Shown: positions 45,876 through 55,738 of the stretch, in pieces
How the letters are laid out: each line of letters opens with the position of its first letter
How positions within the stretch are numbered: the stretch's first letter is position 1
Virus record (IMG/VR): IMGVR_UViG_3300006224_000008
Coordinates: 1 to 64,000 of that record
DNA length: 64,000 nt
Strand: one strand, 5' to 3'
DNA from: a virus
The notes under the pieces: model-generated
What the model saw: the letters and a program-made list of their open reading frames with translations, nothing else
Databases searched by the model: none
What the model was told of the DNA's origin: nothing
Position numbers and translations under genes: made by a program

Positions 45876-48338
45876 TTAGTCGGCTTTGGGAGATTTCGCC
45901 GCAATGGCCTGTTTTGTGGCGGCTTCCTCTTTCGCAATCGCCTGATCTGTTCGGCTTTCGACTGTTTTGATCTGCATGTCGAGTGCCGCTTCCTCGGACT
46001 TGAGCTGCATGTCGAGGGCGTGTTTTTCCTGCTTGCGCCGCGCTTCGGCCTGGGCTTCGCTCTCGCGGATCTGTTCCTTGGTGGCAGCTTCCCGGGCGGC
46101 GATGGCGTTCTTATCCTGCGTCTGCGCCGCGACTTCGTAAATCTTCATGAGCTGCTTAACAGCCGCTTCCAACTCCGCGATCTTCTGCTTGTCTTCGGCA
46201 ACCGCTTCCGCTGCCGGTTGGCCGACCTTCTCCTGAACGGCCTGAAGGGTCGCTTGCTGGGCCTGTTGTATGGCTTGTGTGATCATCGGTGTAAGACCGC
46301 CACCTTGCCCTTCGCCCTGCTGCATCGTTTGAAGTTTGAAGTCTTTCGGCGCGCCGCCCATGATGGCCGCTTGTTCGAGCAGAGAGATAAGCGCTTTCGG
46401 ACCAATCTCCTGCACGAGCAACGGCTGCCCGGCAATGGCGCCGACCACCTGGAAAATGATCTGCGCTACCTCGGCGCTCTTATTGCGCTCAGGCCCCTGG
46501 TTGCTGGCGGCAAAACCTTCGAGTCGGAGGCCGCTTTTCTTGCCGTGCACAAGGAGTTTTTCTTCTCCGGGCCGATGGTTGAAGTCGAAGCCAAGCTCTT
46601 CAAGTATCTGATGGACATTCGGTATTGTCGTGGAGACCTGGGCCATGAAATTCGGATCTGCATAGGCCATTCCAGCGTCATAGAGCTGAGCTTTCCACGC
46701 GTCGATTCCTTCATCGACATAAGAGCACGTGAACGCAACGCGGTTGGTACCGGCGTTACCGGTTTGGAGCACTTCCGCTTTGCTTTGCTGGTGTGACGCC
46801 GCGGCGCCTGCCTCTTGCGCGCTGATTTGAAGAACGCGCTCCATCATGTTCAGTACGATCGGCAGCGCCTGGAGTAGTTCGACGATGCTCTGCTTGGCCA
46901 GATCGAGCGGCGCAAAGGCGTCTTTCGGGTTCAGTCCCTGGCGCGCCCATTTCATCGAGTCGAAAGGGAGGTATTGGCGAGAGCGATACCGCAGTTCACC
47001 GAGATTTTTCATTTTCTCGATCTCGGTCGAGGCGATCATGTTGGTATCGTAGAACGTGACGTTTTCGAGGTTTTGTTTCGCTGTCAGGATGATCTGCGAG
47101 AGGATGTTGCCGATGTGATCCTGCCACGGGATCAATTCCAGAGCCATCGACGACGTGCGCGCCGTCATTTCATCGTAGTCGTACCCCATGAACCAGAGCG
47201 GACTGTAAGCGCACGGCGCACACCACATGACTGTGTCATCGCCAGCAATGGTGAACCTGTGCCAGACCGGATGGCTGTACTCCGCAAGACCCCACTGCGA
47301 CGGCACGAGCTTCATGAAATAGTCAGTCACGAACACGGCTTTGTCTCGGTCGCCGGTGCCATAGAGAACACGGTCCTCGCGCTTGCCAACCGTCGGGCCG
47401 ATCTCGGGATACGACATCGCGCACGGATAGATCTCCTTGAAGTAATTACCAGCGAGCGGATGGTCGAACCAGTTGGTGCCGGACACGATCTTCTTACGGT
47501 TCCACAGGTCCCGGTTGTCCAGAACATCGCCGTAGGAGAGGACGTGCCAGTTCAAAGCCCATTCGCAACCGGTATTTGAATTGAGGCTCGTCAGCGGGTA
47601 CCGGAGGTCGAATCCCATGCGAGTCGGGTGCGGATGGGTGTAGCGGATGCCTTCGCGCATCGTGACCTTTTCGACTGTCCCATTGGCATTTTCGACTTCC
47701 TGGCGTTCGCAATACCATTCCTCGCGTGGGAACGCGACCGAGATCCCATACTTGAGCATCTGCTGGATGCTCTGCCGAAGGACGGCCGGGTACCCCATCC
47801 ACATCGAGATCGTGTTGACGAACTCCGTGATGAGTTCGCACAGAACACGGTTCCGCTGGGTGTTGATCCGGGGGTTGTAGGTCAGCAAGGGGGAAAGGTT
47901 CCGTTCGTTGAAGATCTTGGCCAACCGAACAGTGCAGTACGCCTTCGTGATCGGAATGAAGATCTGGTAGAAGACGGGAGGGTTAATCTGTAACATTTCC
48001 CTCCCGTCAGGCAGGGCTACACTAAGGAACAACTCCTCCTTCTTGAGCCCAAGCGCCTCCAATTCCTTTAGAGTTTCTTCAGCGGTCAGGTGCCTGGACA
48101 GCAGGTGATTGATGAACGTCGGTGTGGTCTGGGAGAACGGCGTCTCGTAGGCGATGTCGATGGCATGGAAGGCGCGATGATCGCGCAGACACAGTGCGTA
48201 CGTGTCTTTCATCCGCGCCGAAATCAGGTTGATGAGGTCCCGTATCCGCCGGGGATACTCCGCGGGTTCAAGCGTGAAAATCTTCTTGTAGGGGCCTGAG
48301 TGGACCCCTCTCTTTTTGAGGTACTTGGGATCGATCAT
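45876..48338 (-). CDS. Putative portal protein
   Basis: 820 aa; QMLKYG, SMALELIPWQD..N and a Gln-rich coiled-coil C-terminus resemble P22-type portals; synteny. Confidence 0.75.
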   Translation of the reverse strand: MIDPKYLKKRGVHSGPYKKIFTLEPAEYPRRIRDLINLISARMKDTYALCLRDHRAFHAIDIAYETPFSQTTPTFINHLLSRHLTAEETLKELEALGLKKEELFLSVALPDGREMLQINPPVFYQIFIPITKAYCTVRLAKIFNERNLSPLLTYNPRINTQRNRVLCELITEFVNTISMWMGYPAVLRQSIQQMLKYGISVAFPREEWYCERQEVENANGTVEKVTMREGIRYTHPHPTRMGFDLRYPLTSLNSNTGCEWALNWHVLSYGDVLDNRDLWNRKKIVSGTNWFDHPLAGNYFKEIYPCAMSYPEIGPTVGKREDRVLYGTGDRDKAVFVTDYFMKLVPSQWGLAEYSHPVWHRFTIAGDDTVMWCAPCAYSPLWFMGYDYDEMTARTSSMALELIPWQDHIGNILSQIILTAKQNLENVTFYDTNMIASTEIEKMKNLGELRYRSRQYLPFDSMKWARQGLNPKDAFAPLDLAKQSIVELLQALPIVLNMMERVLQISAQEAGAAASHQQSKAEVLQTGNAGTNRVAFTCSYVDEGIDAWKAQLYDAGMAYADPNFMAQVSTTIPNVHQILEELGFDFNHRPGEEKLLVHGKKSGLRLEGFAASNQGPERNKSAEVAQIIFQVVGAIAGQPLLVQEIGPKALISLLEQAAIMGGAPKDFKLQTMQQGEGQGGGLTPMITQAIQQAQQATLQAVQEKVGQPAAEAVAEDKQKIAELEAAVKQLMKIYEVAAQTQDKNAIAAREAATKEQIRESEAQAEARRKQEKHALDMQLKSEEAALDMQIKTVESRTDQAIAKEEAATKQAIAAKSPKAD

Positions 48339-48347
48339 AAGCGACCC

Positions 48348-48656
48348 CTAGCGCTTCCTCATGAGCCGTTCTATCGCGGGGTTCGGGTAGTTCCCGGCAA
48401 CTTCCTGTTCGGGCGCCACAGCTTCCGAGTCGCCAACTTCCCCTTCTTCCTGCCCGCCTTCGGCTTCGGCCGTCGGGCCTTCACCGGGGGTTGCACTCAA
48501 AACCTCGAATTCGCCGGGGCTAACTTGACGAACGGTGACCTCGGAGAAGGTGTACTTCTTGCCGTCCTCCCAGTCCTCCACACCGAACTGCGAAGGAACA
48601 AGACTCAGCCGGTTATCGGCAGCGCCAGCCTCATTTTCCATTGCCATTCCATCCAT
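48348..48656 (-). CDS. Small acidic hypothetical protein
   Basis: Start set at MDGMAMENE to avoid overlapping the terminase gene. Confidence 0.7.
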   Translation of the reverse strand: MDGMAMENEAGAADNRLSLVPSQFGVEDWEDGKKYTFSEVTVRQVSPGEFEVLSATPGEGPTAEAEGGQEEGEVGDSEAVAPEQEVAGNYPNPAIERLMRKR

Positions 48657-48749
48657 ACGATTGTCAGGTTGAATGTTCTTTTCGGCCTGCCGGGGTACCG
48701 TTACAGTGCCACGTAAGACTTGTTCGCGTGAAACTTCAAGCGAAATCGT

Positions 48750-50273
48750 ATGCCCGTTGACGCTGAGGGCAGATGGGCACCCGGGCTTTTCCCAAAGCAG
48801 TGGGAGACCATGCGAGCGTGCCAGCCATCCTTCCAAAACCTCATTCTCTTGAGTGGACCTCGGTGGAGTGGAAAGACCCTTGCAGCGTTGAATACGATAG
48901 CCCAGCACGCATGGAACACGGACCGGGGAAACATCGTGGTACTGACCCTTACGCAATCCGTCGGCCTGGACTCAGGGGTCTGGATCGATCTGATTGAGAC
49001 GATTTTACCGGAATGGATCGACGGAAATTTTGGCATGGAGTGGGTCAAAAAGCCCTATGTCCAGAACGTCACCAAGAAGCCTGCCTGTTCAGTGCTCAAC
49101 AAGTTCGGTAACGAGAGCCGCATCCAGTTGGATTCGCTGAAGAACGAAGACGAGGTCGAAGGCCGCTACAAAGGCAAGCGGTATTCCATGATCTTCATCA
49201 ACGAACTGTCGAAGTTCAAATCCCGGAACACGTTCGACGCGATGAAACAGTGCCTCCGGATGCTGCATCTCAGGGAAGAAGACCATCTGCTCCTGTGCGA
49301 CACGAATCCATCCGATGAGGGAACAGAATCCTGGATCTACGAATTGTGGTACGAGTTCCGGACGGCACGCGATGTGGATGCGTCGCTCTTGCCCCTGCAA
49401 AAGGCCCTGAAGCTGATTGAGTACACCGTTGATGACAATTTCGCGATGTCGCCCGATAAAAAGGCCAGCTTGATGGCGGATTTCTCACACGATGAGGATC
49501 TCCTGGCCCGCTATTTCTATGGGAAGTGGGTAACAGCCTCGGCCGACGCGATCTTTCATCGCGTCTTCAGACCGGCTTACCACGTTGTCGGTGAAGAAGA
49601 GACCCCAACCAACACGGATCCAGAGATGATGTTTCCGGAGGCGGATTGCATCGAACTTTACACCGGGTGGGACCCTGGCGGGACAAACTCGGCCGCGGTC
49701 ATCATGGAGAAATTCTTCCCCAGGCTGCCGGAATACAACGGCTTACCGGCGTTCAAGGTGCTCGATGAGTTGGCTGTAATCGGGGAAGATGTTGACCTTA
49801 AAGAGTTTGTCAACGCAATGCTGCGGAAGATGGATTTTTGGGAGGGAATGGTGGGGAAGCATGTTGGCTGGAAGCACTGGAGCGACCGCAGTGTGTTCGA
49901 CATGAAGGATTTGGAATCGCACAAGTACTACGTCCAACTCATTCACGAGATGAGCGACGGCCGGATACGGCTTGAAGGCGCTGAACGTTCGCCCGGCAGC
50001 GTCAGGGCCGGTGTGGATTTGATGCGGAGGTTGCTATGGGAGGATCGTCTGTTCCTAAACCGAGCCCGATGCCCGATCTGCATCAACGCCATCAAGAGCG
50101 TGAAACGCGGTAAATCGGAGTTGGCAGTGATTCAGAAGGGTAGCCCGCACAAGCACCCTATCGATGCGATGCGGTACGTGCTCCAGTCAGAGTGCTATTT
50201 TGAACTCAACAAACAGGTCTTCATGAACGTGCGAAAGAAACGTGAAAGCGCGATTGTCTCAGTGCCGTATTAA
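48750..50273 (+). CDS. terL: Terminase large subunit
   Basis: LFPKQ (adenine-binding Q motif), GPRWSGKT Walker A, IFINE Walker B variant, DTNP motif III, RYFYGKW, GWDPG and HPIDAMRY nuclease motifs. Confidence 0.92.
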   Translation: MPVDAEGRWAPGLFPKQWETMRACQPSFQNLILLSGPRWSGKTLAALNTIAQHAWNTDRGNIVVLTLTQSVGLDSGVWIDLIETILPEWIDGNFGMEWVKKPYVQNVTKKPACSVLNKFGNESRIQLDSLKNEDEVEGRYKGKRYSMIFINELSKFKSRNTFDAMKQCLRMLHLREEDHLLLCDTNPSDEGTESWIYELWYEFRTARDVDASLLPLQKALKLIEYTVDDNFAMSPDKKASLMADFSHDEDLLARYFYGKWVTASADAIFHRVFRPAYHVVGEEETPTNTDPEMMFPEADCIELYTGWDPGGTNSAAVIMEKFFPRLPEYNGLPAFKVLDELAVIGEDVDLKEFVNAMLRKMDFWEGMVGKHVGWKHWSDRSVFDMKDLESHKYYVQLIHEMSDGRIRLEGAERSPGSVRAGVDLMRRLLWEDRLFLNRARCPICINAIKSVKRGKSELAVIQKGSPHKHPIDAMRYVLQSECYFELNKQVFMNVRKKRESAIVSVPY

Positions 50274-50646
50274 GGTGGCCGAATGGAGCGGCCTGTTCGT
50301 CGCGCTGGTCGTGGCGGCGGCGTTCTCGGACGTCACGTCAAACGCGGCCTGGAAACGCATCTGGCGGGCCTTTACCCTGTGGTTGGACATCTGGCGTACA
50401 CCAGACCCGACAGTCCCTGCCGATGTACGGGAAGCCCGCCTTGAGGCGTGCCGGGCCTGTCCCGTGTACTACGCGAAGCTCCGCACCTGTGGCACGCCGA
50501 TGGTAAAGGAATTGCGCGACATGGGATGCTGGTGCTTTTTGCCTTCCAAAAGCCGCTATAGTGCGGCAACTTGCTGGTTAGAAGACGAACTTGGCGAAGA
50601 GGCGCCACACGGATGGAAGAAGATACTACAGCACAGCCAGAAGTGA
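50242..50646 (+). CDS. Cys-rich hypothetical protein
   Basis: RLEACRACP..CG..GCWCF..K...ATCW; start uncertain. Confidence 0.65.
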   Translation: MKARLSQCRIKVAEWSGLFVALVVAAAFSDVTSNAAWKRIWRAFTLWLDIWRTPDPTVPADVREARLEACRACPVYYAKLRTCGTPMVKELRDMGCWCFLPSKSRYSAATCWLEDELGEEAPHGWKKILQHSQK

Positions 50647-51278
50647 CTGCCCCGGTTCCAGGCGAGCCCGATGCGCCGGAAGAGTTCGTGGGCAAACCAA
50701 TCCCGCTTGCGAAACGGGTTCAGCAACTGGAAGCAAAATATCGGGCATCAACGCAAGGTCCGCCGATCACATTCGGCGATGTTGACATCCTCGACGCGTC
50801 TGCCACCGACCCCGTGGAGGCACCGAGCCGCATCGTTACCCGGGCCATTAAGACTCTCGGTTTGCGAAAAGAAGGCTGGAGCTTGGCAAAGCTGCGAGCG
50901 GCCCAGGAATTCGGGCGATTCCTGAACATGAGAATCACCGGCCGCATCCTGCTGGTGCGGAGTTTCAACTGCATCGAACAAGTTGAAAAGGCGATGGAAG
51001 TTGTCGGCAAGATTGCGGAGGACGAGAAGGTACCCGCTGAAGATCGCGTCTCGGCTGTCGGCATGATGGCCAAAGCGGCCGAAGCTTACGCGAAGCTGTC
51101 CGATCAGATGATGACGCTGGCGGAGAAGACGGCGCCGAAGATTTCGACGGAAAAGCCTCGGAATTTACCGCCGACGCTCGCCGTCCAGGTGAATGTCGCG
51201 GGACCCCAGACGACACCGGGGTCACCAGCCACTTCTGGCGGTGAGGTCCAGGTTACCGCTTCGCCAGAAGGGAGTTGA
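50613..51278 (+). CDS. Hypothetical helical protein, possible terminase small subunit
   Basis: Helical core and C-terminal LAVQVNV strand near terL; function is inference only. Confidence 0.5.
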   Translation: MEEDTTAQPEVTAPVPGEPDAPEEFVGKPIPLAKRVQQLEAKYRASTQGPPITFGDVDILDASATDPVEAPSRIVTRAIKTLGLRKEGWSLAKLRAAQEFGRFLNMRITGRILLVRSFNCIEQVEKAMEVVGKIAEDEKVPAEDRVSAVGMMAKAAEAYAKLSDQMMTLAEKTAPKISTEKPRNLPPTLAVQVNVAGPQTTPGSPATSGGEVQVTASPEGS

Positions 51279-51309
51279 CGTGTTTGCTCTCAGTGCGGCT
51301 TCGTTCGCG

Positions 51310-51325
51310 TGCTACGCTTGCGACC
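51310..51325 (+). promoter_or_regulatory. Putative extended -10 promoter, leaderless
   Basis: TGcTACGCT followed by 7 nt and then the GTG start. Confidence 0.45.
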
Positions 51326-51505
51326 GTGAGCGGACGTTACTGGATCAAATCGGCAATCAAACACCCGGGCGCCCTGCGAGCGTCGATGCACGTCAAGAAA
51401 GGCAAGCGCATCCCCGGGGACCGGCTACGGGCGGCAGCGCGCAAAGGCGGAGTGACTGGGCGCCGAGCGCGTTTGGCATTGACTTTGCGCGGGTTCCGCC
51501 ACTGA
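51326..51505 (+). CDS. Small basic phage protein (WIKSAIKHPGALR...RARLALTL)
   Basis: Matches the recurrent phage pattern WI..AIKHPGAL...G.KIP...L..AA......RARLA.TL. Confidence 0.8.
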   Translation: MSGRYWIKSAIKHPGALRASMHVKKGKRIPGDRLRAAARKGGVTGRRARLALTLRGFRH

Positions 51506-51524
51506 TTCAAAGAAAGGCCACGAT

Positions 51525-51818
51525 ATGTTAATTGGCAAGGCATCACCTATCGCAACCAGCGTCGGCCAACTGGGCGCCGACTTCATCAACGACATCGCCG
51601 CCCACGAAGGGTCCTGGGGTGTCATCTATTGTATTACCACGTGCAGTTTCACGGTATTGACGGCTGGTAACCGCCTGAGCCCGACGGGCGTTGATACGGG
51701 AGTGCCCATGATGAGTGGCACCCTCAATGGGATCACGATGCTGCCGGGCATGAGCATCTACGGATACTTTACGGCGATCACTTTGGCGAGTGGGTCGGTT
51801 GTCGCTTACGTGGTATGA
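51525..51818 (+). CDS. Small beta-rich putative virion protein
   Basis: GAAAGG RBS; ends G.SIYG.FTAITLASGSVVAY; ATGA overlap. Confidence 0.75.
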   Translation: MLIGKASPIATSVGQLGADFINDIAAHEGSWGVIYCITTCSFTVLTAGNRLSPTGVDTGVPMMSGTLNGITMLPGMSIYGYFTAITLASGSVVAYVV

Positions 51819-53533
51819 GGATTGCCCTCGGCTACGCGCTGGATTTGATCCACCTGGAGAATCCCAGGTCTGGCGAGGCAGACGTCACCACCATGAGTCT
51901 GGAGGGCGGATGCTCCACTTGTGCGGATGAGCCGTACGAGAGCGTTGTTAATGTGACCGGAACGGCACCACCCTACATGGTCATCTGGGAGGCAGGAGTG
52001 ATGCCGCCTGGGTTGACCTTGTCTGGGAACGTCATCAGTGGAACGCCGACGACCCCAGGGCGTTACGCGCCGGTTTTCCGGGTTATTGATGCGACTGGCG
52101 CCTACCTTCTGATTCCTTTCTACATCAACGTCGTTGGCATCACGACAGAAGCGCTCGACCCATTTGTCGTTGGAACGCCGTATTCGTTCCAAATGGAAGC
52201 CGAAGGGGGAATGGGAACCTACGCATGGACGATGCCGGGCGGAACACTGCCTCTTGGGCTGTCAATGAGTGAAAGCGGACTCATTAGCGGAACGCCCAGC
52301 GAAGGCGGTGAAAGAGAACTCACCTTTCGAGTGACTGACACCGCATGCGGAGCTGTTATTCCAGAAGGCAACCCGCGGGCGGAAAGCCTCACGTGCGTTT
52401 CGACCACGCGCCTCGCCACGCGACATGGTCTTCCCGGGTTCTTAGACACGAACCGGCTGTTTCGCGAGGTCACGTACGAGGGGACGGCCGAACAGCGCCT
52501 TTTCGTGCGATTCCCCGACAGTGACGCCTACTATTACTGGAAGCCAGATTGGCCACCGCTGACACGCTGGTACGAAGGCCGCGACATTCCGACGTACGCC
52601 ACCGATAATTTCTGCACGGCTGTCCGATGCGCCCAAGCAAAGTACATCTGGTCAGGCACGACCATCATTGATGACGACGGCAACGTCACCCAGATGCATG
52701 CGAAGAACCTGTACGGTTTGTGTCCGAGCGACCTGAATGACCCAGCCTTCTACACGTACCAAGGCTATTGGAACGATGAGGGGGAACCGGTATTCATGCT
52801 CAGCAATTACAGTCTGATTGGGTACTGCTGGGAGCTGGACCCACTCAGTTGCACGCCTTGCATGGACGACAACGGCGGCAATCCGGCGCTGAATCTGATT
52901 CGAGACGAGGCGGTGGTGACGAACCTTGATTGGCCATCCAAGTTCGTGCCGTGGGGCCTGCAATCCGTGGCCACAACGGACACAACGCAGCACATCACTG
53001 GAACACCCGACCCGCTTGAGGAGCCATGGTCCGCCTATCGGAGACTCTACGACGCCGTCACCCATGAATTGATACGCGACACTCAACTGCCCAGGTCACC
53101 TTACCTATGGTATGACTGGGACGACCTTGCCTTGGCGGTAATTGAAGTAGCTGGAGAACAGGATTTCACGGTGACGTTGGCCAATGAGTACACCTACGCT
53201 CAGGCACTCGCCAACGCGGTCGAGTTCGTATCGAACAGCGACACGGCTGTTACGCTCACGGACAATCTTACCTGGGGGGCTGCGGCGAACGGGTTAAAGC
53301 ACGTACAAAGCCGCTATACCAGTGTCGATTTCACAATTCACGTCATCGACTTATTGGTTGGTTTTGATTACATCGTGAGTTACGACCTGCTTGACACGCT
53401 TACATCTGTGACGACGGTCGTGGACGTTCCGCTGACGGCGACTGACACAGAGATGGACGTACTCGGGAGCGTTCCTACTCCGGCTGAGGGCCATTCAATC
53501 AAAGTCCGCAACGCACGAGTCCGATTTGCGTAG
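51815..53533 (+). CDS. Putative Ig (He_PIG)-domain virion protein
   Basis: Two repeats: MPPGLTLSGNVISGTPT and LPLGLSMSESGLISGTPS. Confidence 0.8.
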   Translation: MRIALGYALDLIHLENPRSGEADVTTMSLEGGCSTCADEPYESVVNVTGTAPPYMVIWEAGVMPPGLTLSGNVISGTPTTPGRYAPVFRVIDATGAYLLIPFYINVVGITTEALDPFVVGTPYSFQMEAEGGMGTYAWTMPGGTLPLGLSMSESGLISGTPSEGGERELTFRVTDTACGAVIPEGNPRAESLTCVSTTRLATRHGLPGFLDTNRLFREVTYEGTAEQRLFVRFPDSDAYYYWKPDWPPLTRWYEGRDIPTYATDNFCTAVRCAQAKYIWSGTTIIDDDGNVTQMHAKNLYGLCPSDLNDPAFYTYQGYWNDEGEPVFMLSNYSLIGYCWELDPLSCTPCMDDNGGNPALNLIRDEAVVTNLDWPSKFVPWGLQSVATTDTTQHITGTPDPLEEPWSAYRRLYDAVTHELIRDTQLPRSPYLWYDWDDLALAVIEVAGEQDFTVTLANEYTYAQALANAVEFVSNSDTAVTLTDNLTWGAAANGLKHVQSRYTSVDFTIHVIDLLVGFDYIVSYDLLDTLTSVTTVVDVPLTATDTEMDVLGSVPTPAEGHSIKVRNARVRFA

Positions 53534-53538
53534 AACCT

Positions 53539-54540
53539 ATGGGCTGCCAAAAGACATTTACTCTCACACAGGGCGAGGCCGTGGGTTTCACTCCTCTCCA
53601 TACGGCGGTTTACGTGGCGTCCAGCGATAAGATCCTGGGAACATCAATGGATCACATCATCGAGTTCAACGCCAGCACCGGCGCGTACATCCGTGACGTC
53701 CAGACCCCGTGGCCAATGGTTGGATCTATGCATCTTGGGCTAGTTGACGCGCTGCCTTACGCCGCCGGACACAACAACCCTGCGGCACGCGATCCTGAAG
53801 ATAGTAATTATCACGAGGGGTACGACATTTACCCCATAGACCCAACGACGCTGGACTTAGGAGCTGGATTGGAGGTCTACAAAACGAACCTTGGCGGATA
53901 CCCAATGCTCAACCAGAACGGGCCGTACCAGTTCATCCAGGTGGCCAACAAAGTGTTCTATGTGCTGCCCGGAGATGGCGAGGGCGTCAACATTGTTTGG
54001 GTCAAGAAAACCGGGTTTGGCGCTGGAGTTTATGGGACAGACTGGAGATACGCGTCGGCAACCAGTGGAATATGGGTGGAACAGATTTCCTCGGATGGCA
54101 CTTCCATTTTCGTCGCCGATAATTACTATCCTCGCGTTAGAAGTAGAAACCTCACAACTATGGCTTCGACTGGTTACGGGGCTGCCACTTACTTTTCCTC
54201 TTCGACTGAATATGCGGCGAACGCAGCCAAGGTTTTCGCGGTTGGAGACAGCAAATGGCTGGAGCGCATCGACGACTTTGCTGCCCACACATCCACAGGC
54301 TTCGATTTGGACGCGTTGGTTTCTCAGACCGGTCTAAAGCCGATTCGGTTGCGCTATCGTTCTTCCGACGGCAAACTCTATATTCCCTGCCAGAATAAGG
54401 ATGGCATCGTGGTGTTTGATCCAATCGCTGAGACTGCGGTCTGGAAAAGCGGATTTGACTCTCCCGTTGATATTGTGTTTACCGCGTCGAAGGCGTTTGC
54501 AGTTCAATCCAGCCTTGTTGGGCTGAAGGAGATCGTCTAA
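53539..54540 (+). CDS. Beta-propeller-like protein, paralogue 1
   Basis: Beta-rich; DGKLYIPCQ...GFDSPVDIVFT..KAFAVQS is shared with the next gene. Confidence 0.75.
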   Translation: MGCQKTFTLTQGEAVGFTPLHTAVYVASSDKILGTSMDHIIEFNASTGAYIRDVQTPWPMVGSMHLGLVDALPYAAGHNNPAARDPEDSNYHEGYDIYPIDPTTLDLGAGLEVYKTNLGGYPMLNQNGPYQFIQVANKVFYVLPGDGEGVNIVWVKKTGFGAGVYGTDWRYASATSGIWVEQISSDGTSIFVADNYYPRVRSRNLTTMASTGYGAATYFSSSTEYAANAAKVFAVGDSKWLERIDDFAAHTSTGFDLDALVSQTGLKPIRLRYRSSDGKLYIPCQNKDGIVVFDPIAETAVWKSGFDSPVDIVFTASKAFAVQSSLVGLKEIV

Positions 54541-55538
54541 TGGGAATGAATCAAGCATGTTACCTGCCCGACCCCATCGATAAGATCTTTGGCACCATCG
54601 AAAATTACATCGTCCGATTCAACGCGACGACTGGAGCCAAGGAAGCCCACGGCAAGATTGCTGCTCCCCTTTACGGTCCTTGCACCTGTTGTGCTGGCAA
54701 TGGAGTTGTCTACGTTGGATTGATCCACGATTACTCTTGGTGCAGCGATTACGATCCCGGAGTAGCGAACAAGTTCATCTGGACCGTAGACCCAGATACG
54801 CTTGTGGCCACAGACGCTTTCGCTCTGAATGCGTTCTTTGAGGATTATTGGAGTACCGCTTCGGACGGTTATGCGCATGAGGGAGTTGGTCACATGAAGG
54901 TCTACGGTGATTATCTCTACTTCGAGGGCGCACGGGGGGGCGGCAGCACTCCTGGTCGAGTGAAGTTGACAGACCCAACGGATAATACCCTTGACGACTT
55001 TGGAGACCCCTGGGGTGATTCCGGATTTCGTCCAGAATCAGTTGAAGTTGCCAACTTTGATGGCAACGACAATATGTTCCACATAGATATGGGTGGCCAA
55101 GCCTTCGATTCTAGGATTATCACACCCGGCCCACTTGACCCCACTGTTTCTCCATGGGACCTTTCCATTACCGACTACGAGGTTACTCCTGATTTTCCCG
55201 CCGCTTTAGTATTCAATCCCACGGACACATCAGTTTACATCGTGTGCGGCAATGGAAATCTCCACAAGCGCGATGCCATAACAGGGGGCGCCATTGACGT
55301 GTTCAACTTGGAGATTGTTTACGCTGATGTGAAACCATTCCGTATCACACTGAGTCCGCTTGACGGAAAGCTCTACATTCCTTGCCAGCACAAAAATGCA
55401 GTTATCGTCTGGAATCCTTCCACGGATACTGGAGTCGCTGTCGAGGGATTCAACTCGCCCATCGACATCGTATTTACCGACGCGAAGGCGTTTGCTGTGC
55501 AGTCCGGAGTTACCCCGTTGAAGGAAATCGAACTATGA
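54540..55538 (+). CDS. Beta-propeller-like protein, paralogue 2
   Basis: DGKLYIPCQ...GFNSPIDIVFT..KAFAVQS; TAATG coupling with paralogue 1. Confidence 0.75.
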   Translation: MGMNQACYLPDPIDKIFGTIENYIVRFNATTGAKEAHGKIAAPLYGPCTCCAGNGVVYVGLIHDYSWCSDYDPGVANKFIWTVDPDTLVATDAFALNAFFEDYWSTASDGYAHEGVGHMKVYGDYLYFEGARGGGSTPGRVKLTDPTDNTLDDFGDPWGDSGFRPESVEVANFDGNDNMFHIDMGGQAFDSRIITPGPLDPTVSPWDLSITDYEVTPDFPAALVFNPTDTSVYIVCGNGNLHKRDAITGGAIDVFNLEIVYADVKPFRITLSPLDGKLYIPCQHKNAVIVWNPSTDTGVAVEGFNSPIDIVFTDAKAFAVQSGVTPLKEIEL

Positions 55539-55729
55539 GGCATATCACTCACGAAGATAGCGTGGTCCTGGACGGTATCCTGGATGAATTGCACCAGGAA
55601 TTTCGCAAAGATAAACTTTACCTTAAATCTCTGTTCTTCGGACTGGCGCATCAATCTGACGCCGAGACCAAAACCAGGATGGATGCCCTGGTTGAGAAAC
55701 ATCGCAAACTGAACTCAAAGCCGAAATAA
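55535..55729 (+). CDS. Small hypothetical protein (MRHITHED...)
   Basis: ATGA overlap with the upstream stop; fills the gap. Confidence 0.6.
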   Translation: MRHITHEDSVVLDGILDELHQEFRKDKLYLKSLFFGLAHQSDAETKTRMDALVEKHRKLNSKPK

Positions 55730-55738
55730 GAAAACGTC

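Noticed and set aside
53539-55538. Diversity-generating retroelement target/template pair
   Set aside because: No reverse transcriptase seen; similarity is at the protein level and differences are not adenine-specific.
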